A stretch of DNA of 64,000 bases from an uncultured virus (IMG/VR IMGVR_UViG_3300037397_000012) (Duplodnaviria; Heunggongvirae; Uroviricota; Caudoviricetes): IMG/VR virus record IMGVR_UViG_3300037397_000012. One strand, given 5' to 3'. Both the position numbers and the translations under genes were made by a program. Below the pieces are notes generated by a model. It searched no databases. It saw only the letters and a program-made list of their open reading frames with translations, and was not told the origin of the DNA. Below, one piece after another: positions 28,442 through 42,186 of the stretch. Each line of letters begins with the position of its first letter. The first letter of the stretch is position 1.

Positions 28442-28882
28442 TTATTTAACTTTCACTTCTTTAATTTTTCAAGATTCAACTTTAGAAGTCATATTGATCT
28501 TAAATCTATATTCTTTTACTTTCTTAGATGTAGTCACTACTACCTCCTCAGTTTCTCTATCCTCATATTGTTTTATTGATAAACCGTTATCATTAAGGTA
28601 TTTTACAACCTTTGATGCAAATAAGTTATTTGTATCAATAGTAATAGCATCCTTATTCAGATCTTTAGATTTTATTTTCTCATTATTCTTTTTATCTTTA
28701 TTCATCTTCTCAAGATGAGCTTTAGTAACCTCTTTTTCACACTCTTTATATGAAACACCTGAAATCATTTCATAGATTTCATTTTGTTTCTTTACTAATT
28801 CCTCATCTAGATTCTTTTTGTATGCATGTATCTTCATATCATGCACCCCAAGTTGCTGCCCTTGCTGACTTTGATTATTCAT
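28442..28882 (-). CDS. Hypothetical protein, 146 aa, first gene of the leftward structural operon
   Basis: Track ORF 28469-28882 read through TGA to TAA; a TTGCAA -35-like box lies at 28938-28943. Confidence 0.7.
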
Positions 28883-28899
28883 AAATCATAAGTTATTAA

Positions 28900-30850
<1,951 letters not shown>

Positions 30851-30886
30851 TGAATTAAGAAAAAAGCCGACTATGCGGCTTCTTTC

Positions 30887-31465
30887 TTAATAATTGTCTC
30901 TTATGAACTGCTCTCACTTTTGTGAGATTTTTTCTTTTATTGCAGGGAAAACTCTGCAATAACAATCTCTTTCTGTCTCCCCTCAGCATTCTCAACAGTC
31001 ACAAGTTCTTCTAATCTCTTCATGCTCTATGAAATATAGAAAGCATTCTTTACTAAATAGTTTTCATTCTTTTATAACATTAACTCTCTTAAGCGAGTTA
31101 ATTGTTCTTATTATGTTTCTCCTACTACCTTGACTTATTCAGTCAAATATAACAAGAGCTGAATCGCAATCATTAGTCATTGCTTCATCTTTCTTTGTTT
31201 GTCACTTTCTGCCTTTTAGTCACTGACAGTCTATTTTCTTAGAATAGAATCATTTGTTATTTCTTGGTTGTTCACCTATATGGTAAACAACGACTCTTTC
31301 ATATCATTTGCTTTTTAGATACTCTTGCACAAGAGTGTCTATTCAATAGCAATCTCATATGATAACATCATGTCACTGATGTATTAATTGATCTAATACT
31401 TTCTTATCTGTATTAGATAACTTCTTGATACTCATTGATCAAGAAATAAAAATCTTTTTTTTCAT
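30887..31465 (-). CDS. SLOG-superfamily (YspA-like) protein with Cys-rich C-terminus, 192 aa
   Basis: KIFISGS, IIGDCYGIDTLVQEYL, KDEAMTNDCDSALVIFDGISQGS. Confidence 0.75.
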
Positions 31466-31666
31466 AATTATAAAATTATAAAATTAAAATAATGAATTAA
31501 AATAATTCAATAAAATTACTCTTCTTAATTATGTGTCACAATCCGCCGAGCCGAGCGAGTGGAGGTGATAGCAAAAATATAAAAAGAGTAATTAAGTATA
31601 ATGCTTAATTACTCTTTATGGAGGCTAACTTAGTTATGCACTAATAACTAGAGTTAAGGCTTTCTC

Positions 31667-31885
31667 TTACATTCTATGTAGAAGCTCTAATATAAGAGGT
31701 TCTAATTGGTACAAAGCTATTTTTATTACGAAGAATAAAATTATAAACTTTGTTTTTTTCTTTATGCTTTTTTTTCTTTCTTCTCTCTTATCTTTATTTC
31801 ATAGATAAGCTGGGATAGAAAGTATAGCTATGTTAATAAATAAGATTATTATCATAGCTATTAGTAACATATGTATTAATTGCAT
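31667..31885 (-). CDS. Small two-TM membrane protein, 72 aa
   Basis: Two hydrophobic stretches separated by a K/R-rich loop. Confidence 0.5.
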
Positions 31886-32376
31886 AGTTGTATATTATTA
31901 ATAAATAAAATGTTAGCCTCCATAAAGATTACTGTTCTAATTATCTGTTAAGATAATTTCTAATTATCTGTCACAGTACGGCGAGTAGAGTTACAAATAA
32001 TGGTTTAGAAGATTTTAATCTTCCCATTATTTGATTAACGAATACGAGCCGTGTTATTTGAGAATTCTGAAATTTTTATTTTTAGCATTAGTATTATATG
32101 AGTGTGCGAATATAATGCAATGATAAAATTAAAAATAAAGAATTTATCCTAGTTGTGTGTAAACATTACTATCTAATAATAAGATAGTAATGTTGTAATC
32201 TACAATACTGTAGGAGTATTTAATATTATTAGCAACATAGTAAGTGCTGCATAGTATAGTATAGTAGTCATAATAGTATAGTTATGTAATAATAATATTA
32301 TGACTTGTTGCTCTTTAGTTAGAGTGTTAACCACTCTATTGTGTCACCACCATATAGGTAGTAACACTAAGAATGA

Positions 32377-32610
32377 TTAAGCTATTCAGTTTATAAGGCA
32401 TCCTCATTTCTTGATTGCCTTATAAACATTTTGATAAGTCAATCTAGACTTATCATGTTCTGGTCAGTTGAATGCATCGTATGCATTCTTACTGCAATTT
32501 GATACAGGAGGTAGACTCCTGTTATCTAGTCTACTATTACCAGCAGGATTAATAGATGATTCTGTTATTGAAGATGCAATTGCATCTTCTATTCTTGTTT
32601 TTATTTTCAT
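32377..32610 (-). CDS. Hypothetical presumed-early protein, 77 aa
   Basis: Same frame as track ORF 32464-32652, using ATG at 32610 and read through TGA. Confidence 0.55.
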
Positions 32611-32953
32611 AATGTTTTTTTTATTATTTATAAATGGTGATATATATATCACCTTGGTTTTTACTGTGACTAATATTTAGTCACATAGATTCTACTTGAT
32701 CTTTTATGCGATCAAGTAATTCTTTCTTATCATATTTTAGTTTTCTAAAATATGATGATAGATTATAATCATCAAGATCATAATCTAAATCATTGATTAA
32801 TTTAACTATTCAATTAACTATATGAATAGTTAAATATTCTTCACATTGCTCTAGTGCCTTATTAAGGCTGTTATATAATGTATAATATTGTTCCATAATT
32901 TTTATATCATTAAATATATTTAGTCACCACCATATGATTGTGACTAATAATAA

Positions 32954-33310
32954 CTATAACTCTATGTTCTTAGGTAGCAGTGATTCTAATCACTCAAGTA
33001 CTACACCTCATCATCATAGAGGTCTATTGTCTATTGCTTCTTGTATCTTATCATCATCTATTGTATGATAAGCATAAGTCCCATCAGGTAATTTTTCTAC
33101 CTTAGAGGCTTTTAGTTTTACATCTTTATCATTAATAAAGATAGTGAATCTGATATATCACTTAATACTAAATACAACTGTTGCTGGTTTTCAATCCTTA
33201 GCAGGATTATAAAAACATTGATTACTTTTAGTAATTACATCCTCTTTAGGGATGTTATATTTTTTTACTACTGCTCACATAGCAGTAGTTATTATAGTGT
33301 TCTTATTCAT
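32954..33310 (-). CDS. Hypothetical presumed-early protein, 118 aa
   Basis: Open code-25 frame downstream of the repeated promoter-like motif. Confidence 0.6.
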
Positions 33311-33455
33311 AATGTAAATAAGTTATAAATATAAAATAATGAATTAAATATAATTCAATAAAATTACTTAATACTTTAATGATTAGATTAATCTGTGTAA
33401 TAGATTAATCTCTTAGTCACAATCCGTTACATCTTTACTGATATGTAGTCAGTGA

Positions 33456-33698
33456 CTAACTATTATTTCTCCTATATTCTAGTTCTAATTCTATAGGTAA
33501 TGTATCTATTTCTGATTTAAAGTATTTTTTTATATTTAATAAGTGAGATGTTTTCATCTGACTTATCTTATATAATTTTCATTTTCTATCTCTATGAAAT
33601 CATAGAGACCATAGATTATAAACTTTTTCTTTGATGCCTTCTAAGGCTCAAAAGTATAATCATGTATTAGCTTCCATATCATCTGTTGTATCTGACAT
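33456..33698 (-). CDS. Hypothetical protein, 80 aa
   Basis: Open frame containing GKLYKISQMKTSHLLNI. Confidence 0.55.
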
Positions 33699-33720
33699 AT
33701 TTTTAATAATGTTAATAAAT

Positions 33721-33753
33721 AAAAAATCCCACACTTAAATATAAGCATGGGAT
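33721..33753 (-). terminator. Intrinsic terminator of the crRNA-like unit
   Basis: Minus strand ATCCCATGCTTA-TATT-TAAGTGTGGGAT followed by TTTTT. Confidence 0.75.
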
Positions 33754-33924
33754 ACGATAGCAATCTTCTCTATCGCTAGGTAATGTCATTATCTACAAAA
33801 GTAGAAATAATAAATATATGTATTCTACACTTCCACTAATCATAATGATTATGTGAAAGTGAAAAGATTGAGTACTCTTCTAAGGTTTCCATCTACAAAA
33901 GTAGAAATGTAGAATACATATATT
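33754..33924 (-). CRISPR. Two type V-A (Cas12a) crRNA-handle repeats (mini-array or solitary repeat units); no cas genes in window
   Basis: ATTTCTACTTTTGTAGAT on the minus strand at 33891-33908 and 33791-33808; matches the Cas12a handle AATTTCTAC-TNTT-GTAGAT. Confidence 0.75.
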
Positions 33925-33944
33925 CTTATTTATACCTTTATAGT

Positions 33945-33972
33945 ATTATATTTATTTTTTTATTTTAATCAA
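33945..33972 (-). promoter_or_regulatory. Sigma70-like promoter upstream of the crRNA-like unit
   Basis: TTGATT-N16-TATAAT on the minus strand. Confidence 0.6.
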
Positions 33973-33987
33973 TTAAATTTTCTAAAT

Positions 33988-35112
33988 TTAGTTAATTCAT
34001 AAAATATTTTTAATTTTATTTTCTTCTTCTTTTAGATCTTCCATTGCGGTAAGAACTAATTCTAAATCTTTTTCATTAGTAAGATATTTATCTTTTTTAC
34101 TAATAAGATAATTCAATACTTGATATGAATACTTATATCAAGAATATGAATAAAATCATCTAGGCATCATGTAGCTCTCAAACTCTTTATCTAAGTATAT
34201 AGGCTTAGATAATCATCAAGCTATTAACCTATGTGTATTTAAATTATTTTTAATTTTCTTTATTTTCTTTTTGTATATTTTTACATCTTCTACAGATGTG
34301 TAATATACTGTCTCGTCACCATCACAATATCATGGTCTACCTAATCTACCTAGCTTCTGTTGAATTACTTCTCAGCTATCGTAAGGGTTATAATATATCA
34401 TAACTTGTTTAGCTGGGAAGTTTAATCATTGAGCTAGTACATTAGTACTAAGTATCAATGATATCTTTCATGACTCAAAATCTAATTGAGTCTGCAATCT
34501 TTCAGCTGGTTTTACTGCAGCTGAAATTATTTTAATCTTATCTTCTGGAAGTCAAGTTCTTTCACTCCATTCTTCTATATCATATTCACTAGGTGTGTAC
34601 CTAACAAATACTATAGATGACATTCAGTCATGAACATTAAATTCAAACTCACTAGAAGATATTTCTTGTTTCTTTGGAATTACCTTATAAGGTTTTAATT
34701 CCTCTGTCACGAATCAAAGTTCGTGGAGTTCATCATCTTCTAGGTTATTGGTAGCTGTTGCTCCAATAACTTGTATTCATTTTTCTTTTGCTAGTTCTAT
34801 AATATAATATAGATTAGCTCATCTATCTTCATCAGATAGAAAATGAAATTCATCTATGAATATTATATCATAGTCTTCTAGGTTTATTCACTGAACACTT
34901 TCGTATACAGCGAATATTCATTTATTATTCTTAGGTTCATGGTGAACCTCTCAATTAAGTATTGAGTAATCTTTATTTCAATACTTAATAAATGATTCAT
35001 AGCATAGTTGCCTACACGGGAATAATGCTATAAATCTTTTGTCACCATATCTATTGAAGAACTGATAAGTCTTACCAGTTCATGTACCTCAAGTTAATAA
35101 TATATTATTCAT
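33988..35112 (-). CDS. SF2 DExH (Ski2-like) helicase, 374 aa
   Basis: GGTGTGKT, IFIDEFH, ATAT, STNVLAQGLNFPA, QKLGRLGRP. Confidence 0.9.
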
Positions 35113-35177
35113 AAATAAATAATTAGATAAATAAAATAAGCCAATAAAATTACTATATCTTATTGGCTTGTTACTTA

Positions 35178-35217
35178 GTCACAATCCTTTCGCTCGTGAC
35201 TGATATGTAGTCAGTGA
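35178..35217 (-). promoter_or_regulatory. Repeated intergenic promoter-like element (copy A)
   Basis: gtcacaatcctttcgctcgtgactgatatgtagtcagtga, identical at 39653-39692; partial copies at 31535, 33416 and 48781. Confidence 0.6.
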
Positions 35218-36729
35218 CATATTAAATAAAAATATATCACTTATTTAAATAATCTTTTTTAAGACCATCTGAAAGACTATCTGGAAAAACAATTTTATCA
35301 AATGATTTTCAGTTAGCTTTCTTTTCAATAGTAAATTATTTCCTTTATCTTTTCTTTACAAAAGAATTTTATCACATTTTCTTCAGAAAACTCTTTATTA
35401 TTTTTTAAATAAAAATTTATTATTTTTTTTGTATTCATATATTATTATTTATTTTATAAATCTTTTTTCTTCTACTTTTATATTTCATTACATAATTGAA
35501 AACTTGTATCTTTTTTAGAAACTACACACTCCATTTTCTTTCAAGTCTTTTTTGAGAATCATTTTCAGAAATAATTATGATTATTCTCTGAAATAGACCA
35601 ACAAGATTCAATTTCTAAAAACATATTACACTTCTCTCTTCTGTCTTCTGTTATTTCTAATCATTCTTTATAAGCATCTTTACTACAATCATACAGTGCT
35701 AAAAAGATAAATGTAAATGAACAAAGTAAAACAAAGATCCTCAATTTAAGATGTTTTCTATTCTTTTTCATAAAATGGTTATTAATAAATAAAATAAATA
35801 TATTATTCTTCTAACTTCATTAGCTGCTCTCTATATTCTTCTAGGTTATTTTTTTTTATATATTCATCCATATCAAATGGAATACTTGTTGCTAAGCAAT
35901 TAATTCATTTTGATATTTCGTCTATTATTTCTAATGTTTTAAGTATATCTAATCATATATTATTTAAATATGCTTGATATATTTTATATATTAATTTATT
36001 AGCAAAACAATTACTTAATAAATCAACATCTAAATTATGCACTTTTTCTATTTCAATAGATCAATAATCTATATCTAATCTATTAGCTAGATCATCTATA
36101 AATTCTTGATCTGCTTTTGATATATAAATATCATCAAATGTTATCATGAGTTTTTAATTAATAATAAAATTACTTCTTTCATTTTCTTATTTTAAAAAGT
36201 AAGTTAAATTTCTATTTCACATTCAGAGTTTAATTCATATTCAAACTCTATTACTTCATATTTACCAACTGTCTCCCGTCATCATCAACTAGCTCTTTGT
36301 CTTTCTATATATAGTCATTCTTTTATTTCATCATAATTTCAATTTGAATTGTAATATCCTACAGAATGATTATATAATTTCCTTGCTAACTCATCAGCCT
36401 TATTAAATGAATCATATACTCATTTTATTGTTGTCACAGACTTACCTCTGTAATAAGAGTAATCTATTTGTGTTACTAAATATAACATAATTTATTTTTT
36501 ATTTTATTAAAATATCTTTTTCATTTTCATCACTTAAATTTTCTATACACATATAGTGTTATATCTTTATTTCATTTCTTTATTTCCCATCATAATTCTA
36601 ATAAATGATCTATGTCACGAATATAAGTATCAATAGAATGAAAAGATATTAATCTAACTACACAATCCTTAATTGTTTTTTCTTTTCATTCTAAATAGTT
36701 TCATGTTTGTGTATCTAATATTTGATACA

Positions 36730-37590
36730 TTATCTTTTATAATTAAGTAATAAGTTTTCTCTTGGTTGATTATCAAATGAGCTTTTAAATAAATATCAAG
36801 TATCTAAGTCAATATATTTACTCATTATCTCTGGTTCATATAAACTTAGATTTAGATTCTTTGATTTAGTAGATCTTAGATATGGATAGAAATTAGCACC
36901 GAATGCTATCTTTTTCATATCTAACTTTTCATACATATTTTCTAAATATGTATAATCAATATCAACCTCTTGTTTTTGTCTTCACATTTTCATTAATGGA
37001 AGTAAAACAAAGTAATCAATAACATTACTAAATTTATCATAAATTAATTTAAACATGTCTATTGATTTTTTGTCACTAATCAAAATATGTAAATTAACTT
37101 TAATTCATTCTTGTGTTAATTTCTTAATTGCATACATCCGATGTTTAACTAAATGTAAGTGACAAGTTATAGCTACTCATCAACAATATTCTTTAGTTGC
37201 TTTAATTACTTCATTAGTTAGTCACATACCGTTCGTTGTATAGTTTGGCATGATTCACATATTCTTTAAGCACTTACATAGACTTATAAAATCTGGATGC
37301 TCATTAGGGTTACCACCACCTATCGCTATCTGGAAAGGTTTCTCATTATCTGACATTCATCAGAATATATGTTTAGTCTTTCATATTATATCATCATAAT
37401 GTTTTTCTTTCTTTGATTCTTGATAACAATATTTACATCATCAAGAACAATAATTAGTTATCTTAAGATCATAAAACTCAGGATAGTCTAACTCTAGTAT
37501 AGGCTTACTAGAATCTAATGCTATCCTTATAGTCTTTCATTCATTGAATATTGCTTTATAATTTTTATCTTTAAACTTTCTTATTTTCAT
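36730..37590 (-). CDS. Radical SAM protein, 286 aa
   Basis: YPEFYDLKITNYCSGGCKYCYQ (CxxxCxxC), FQIAIGGGNPNEHP, PNYTTNG. Confidence 0.9.
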
Positions 37591-37640
37591 ATAATATTTT
37601 AAATAAATAAAAGAGAGTAGATAAACTACTCTCATAAGTA

Positions 37641-38081
37641 TTATCAAAGATGATATGAACTAGCATTGAATACATCTTCTATTTTTTCAAAATCTTCATA
37701 ATCAATACTGTTATCTGATTCTGATTCTATTATGATAGTTTTATCATTGATTTTCTTTTCATATCAATACCGTATTTCTATATAATCTTTATTTCAATTT
37801 TTTAATTTTTTTCTTTCATCATCTGTAAGCACAGATAATGGTATTCTACTTACCGTATAACCCCGTTTACTTATGTGCTCATAAATATGTTCTTTATATT
37901 TTGATATTATGAGTTCTCTTTCATATGGTCATCTTATTTCTGCTCACTCTATATTCATATATTGTAACATTTTTTTTATTTCATCTATTGTTTTATCTGT
38001 GTCACAGACAAACAATTCAGTAGAACTATTAGTGATCACATCTATGAAAGAGTGGGTATCTATTAGTAATATTTTTTTCAT
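37641..38081 (-). CDS. Hypothetical protein with SFIDVITNSSTELFVC motif, 146 aa
   Basis: Open code-25 frame adjacent to the radical SAM gene. Confidence 0.6.
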
Positions 38082-38100
38082 ACTTTATTTGTTAAAAAAA

Positions 38101-38598
38101 TTAATTATTAAATAAGTTAAGTTCAGCGTTTCTTCTTTTACTTAATCATCTATAATACTTTGTACCATGTCACCAACCATAGACTGACATTATATATCTA
38201 ATATCATTATATCTACATTGGTTAATGTGATACTTAAGGTTCATCTGGCTACCTCAAGTATTATATATATATGAAGCTATTGCTATCTTTTGATTTGCTG
38301 TATAGCAATCTTTATTAACTAGCTTATATATAGGTACTAGGTGATTATTAAATCTATTAATAGCTTCTTCTTTAGTTATTACTTCTCCTTTATTGGATTT
38401 AGTTCCGTATCATATTGACCGTCTACCATTATCCCAAAAAGCAGTTAGATGTAATGCTCATTCATATTTAATTATAAATGAAGAGATTTTATCTAATTCA
38501 CTCTTGCCATCTACAAAAACATTTTGTTTTTGTTTTTCTTTTATAGTCACATACTTTCATTCTACTTCATTAGAATTACTAGTATATGACTGTGCTAC
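38101..38598 (-). CDS. GH24 phage lysozyme domain (-1 frame relative to the upstream ORF)
   Basis: FIIKYEG...AFWD..R[CGG]SIGYGT...ITKEEA...NQKIAIASYIYNTG...GLSKRRNAE; no in-frame ATG before the catalytic region. Confidence 0.85.
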
Positions 38599-38987
38599 TT
38601 TTTTCTGTATTTCTGTATGTAATTATTATCTTCACATTGTGAAGTATTATAATCTTTTCAATTAACCTTTAAGGTTAATTGTTCTGTTAAACATCTTCAT
38701 ATAAGTAAAGATGTTTCATACTGCTTAGTTGTATCTCTTGTTAATGCTTTATATTTTTTTATATCTTCTAATTTAGAATTAGATAATTCATTTATTTGAG
38801 CTATTGATTCCTCAATCAGCTCAATTTCTGATTTCTTATTCTTTTCTTTTTCAACCTCTTCTTTAAGAGACTCAAGTCTATCCATGTGTGCTTTTTGCTG
38901 AGCATAAACATAATTTCATATAACAGCTCAAACAAATACAATAACTAGAATTATTGGAAAAACAATGTATCAAAATATCTTTTTCAT
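38595..38987 (-). CDS. N-terminal TM plus coiled-coil protein, 130 aa, ending at a slippery site
   Basis: MKKIFGYIVFPIILVIVFVGAVIG anchor plus track ORF 38697-38885; ends AGA AAA AAG TAG. Confidence 0.75.
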
Positions 38988-39652
38988 AAAAAATTATTAC
39001 AAATATAAATTAAAAATTAAATGCTACCCTTTCACTTCATCATTTTCATGAAAGAGTAAAGCATGTAATATCCACTCACTCTATTTTAATCTTATCTTTT
39101 AAAGTTCAATATTCAAGTTTTGAATCATAAAATGATTCCACTCAATAAACTTTTTTTATATATGCTTTTATTCTTTCTATAAAACATAGTTTACTAAATG
39201 TGTTATCTAATTTTTTATTTTTCTTTTCTTTGTCACTCCAAGTGAGTAACATCTTTGCGAATTTATTTCTCTTCATATTTTTTATTTAGTTTTAAAATTA
39301 AATCACAAATTTCATTATATTCTTTTTCTTCATCTTCATCTTCTCATACATAATAATTTGTATCATTATGTATAAATATAAAATCTCATTCTCTGTTCAT
39401 TATTGATTTCAAATCTTCTTTCATCCTATATCTTTCTGAAAAATTAGATGATTCATTTATCCATCTAATTAAATCATCTTCAAAATCATTTTTGTGTTGT
39501 AAGCTGTATTCCAATAAATTATATTCATTAAACACATCATAATTTATTTTTATTCAATCTATATAATAGTCTGAATCTCTATATGTTATTCTACTCATAA
39601 TTATATATTGTTAATAATAAAATAATTCAATAATATTACTGAAAGCATATCA

Positions 39653-39692
39653 GTCACAATCCTTTCGCTCGTGACTGATATGTAGTCAGTGA
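39653..39692 (-). promoter_or_regulatory. Repeated intergenic promoter-like element (copy B)
   Basis: 40-bp identity to 35178-35217; followed on the minus strand by AGTAATATTATT and a gene start. Confidence 0.6.
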
Positions 39693-39931
39693 TATATTAA
39701 CAAAATAAATCAGGACACTCTACTGGATTACATCTCTCTTTACAATTAATGCAATCAAAGTCTGATATCTTATCAATCTTATACGCATGTGGTGTTCAAC
39801 AATTATTACATGTAACTACATTTACATCAAATGTATCTCTTATTATTTCTCATATACTTAACCATAAACCTCAATCATTATTATTATTTCTAATAAAATT
39901 TATTATTTCTTTTTTTGTCATTATATTATAT

Positions 39932-40348
39932 TTAAAAAATAACTATCATTGAGTCGTGCATTCCACATTTATTATCTACCCAATCTCATTTAGTATTCCA
40001 TCAACTAAATTTAATTCTACCTTTAATAAATCTTATTTCTTTTTTATTAGGTAAAATATGTTCATGGAACAATTTTGTAGATGTAGATACAGGAAGTAAA
40101 AATACACATCTCTTTCATTTTTTACTTTCCTCAATTCACTTTAAAACAAATGCTGTTTTTAATTTTAATTCATATGGTGGATTAACATAGTTACTCTGTC
40201 ACCAATCTACTTCTAATCCATTCCACTTATCTAAGTCATGCATAAATGGACATGGATCAAAATCAAAATTAAATTCTTTATTTAATTTATCATAAAAATT
40301 ACTAGGTGTTGCCCAGTCATTTCTATGATCTAAATTTCTGTTCTTCAT
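39932..40348 (-). CDS. Phage N6-adenine DNA methyltransferase, 138 aa
   Basis: DWATP, FDFDPC, VNPPY, LLPVSTST, IRFIKGRIKF. Confidence 0.9.
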
Positions 40349-40701
40349 AAATCTTATTTATTAAATACACAATTTTTCCAAAAAAACTTTTCTGCCTTAT
40401 CTTTATCTCACATAATCATATATCATAATATCTCATTACATATTCATTTGTATCATAAAGTATCTCAAAAAAATTCCTTTGGATATTTACAACATATATC
40501 TTCTAATATATGATAAGCTGTTGATAATAATTTTATATTTCATCATCAATATAAAACTATATTTCTATTTATTATATATTTCTTTTTATCTGAACATAAT
40601 CACCGAACTCTTTCCGTCTTTATTTCACATCAATTATATTCTAATTTTCTACATAACTCCTCACTTAAATAAAAAGTTAATTTATCTTTATTCATAATTC
40701 T

Positions 40702-42186
40702 TTATTTAACTTCTAAATTTTTATTATCTATCTTAGTATAGAATACTTGTAAATCTGATAAATAATCTTTAATTACTTTCTTAATATTTTGTTCAGATAT
40801 TTCAGCATTATCTATAACTATAAAATCTATTACATTATAACTAGTAATAAATATAGAAGCTAGTATTATATCTACAACTCATCTTTCTCATCAAGATAAC
40901 TCATTATATAACTTTCATTTATATTCTATATTAAACTCTGATGAGTACATGTCACCATCAGAATTAGGTGTCTTTCTTTCCTTATAAAATATAATTTTTA
41001 AATCTCATAGAACTAATTTGTCACTAACCCATTCTATAAATTTCTTCTCTGTTTCTTTATATTTATTTATTTTATCTTCTATTTCTTTAGAATTAAAAGA
41101 TTTTATTTTTTCTTCTAATTCTTTTTTTCTTTTTTCTAAAGACTCTTTCTTAGTTTTGTATTCTATATAATCTCTAGATGAATTAGTGTACTCAATATAT
41201 TCTTCTCTATTTCATTTAACTAATTTAAATTCTTTTATTTGTTTCTCTAAATTAGTTTTCTTTTCTTCTAGTAATTTGTTAGATTCTATAATTCTTTTAT
41301 TCTCCTCAAGTCTATTGTTAAGTTTATTTATATGTTCTTTATATTCATTGTATTCATTTAAATTACTTTTAACTAATTTAAATTCTTTTATTTCTTTAAC
41401 TTTATCTTTATACTTATCTCTAAGTATTCACTTTTGTTTATCAGAATCTTTAATTTCTTGTCAACATTTATCACAAACAGTTGGTATGTTTTTTCACTCT
41501 AATACTATTTGATTAAGCTCACTCTTTAATCTTTCTAATTCTTTTTCATTTCATTCAATTAATTTTACTTCTGGAATCTCAGCAAACAAACCTTTAAGTT
41601 CTTCCTCGTTTCATAGATTACTTAATCTATCTTTAAGTAAATCTAATTCATTTTCATTTCATTCAATTAGTTTTATTTCCTTAATCTCTTTTACCTCAAC
41701 TAAATCTTTTAGTTGATTTTCAGTTTCTATAAGTTGCTCTCAATAGGCAATTTCAGTTGTATTAAGATCTCTTAACTCTTGGTTAAGTCACTTAATACTA
41801 TAATCAACCCCATGCTTTTCAAAGAATCAATCTCTATCTATTCATAATAATTCTGAGATTGTTTTCCTTTTATCTTCTTTGGTTTTATTAATTCAAACTA
41901 TTGTCTGATTACCCATAAGAAATCATGGAGTCATAAGTAACATTCTATCTGCTAATCATATTCATCAGAATAACTTTCAGTTTTTACTTATTAAAGTATT
42001 TTTGTTACTATCTATGATAGTAACTTCTCATTTCCTTATAGATGTTTTTCATCTATATAAATCTCTTATAAGTTGTACTATAGTAGATTTACCAGTTGCA
42101 TTCTTTCAGCTAATACAATTTATTTTCTTTGCTGTTATATCTAAACTAATTCATCTAACATCTTTAATGTTTATATTTTTTATCAT
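40702..42186 (-). CDS. SbcC/Rad50-like ABC ATPase, 494 aa
   Basis: Walker A GKNATGKST, zinc hook CDKC within coiled coil, signature LSGGE, Walker B IVIDNAE. Confidence 0.85.

Noticed and set aside
35178..35217. Hammerhead ribozyme in the repeated element
   Set aside because: Lacks the CUGANGA core on either strand despite a GAAA.
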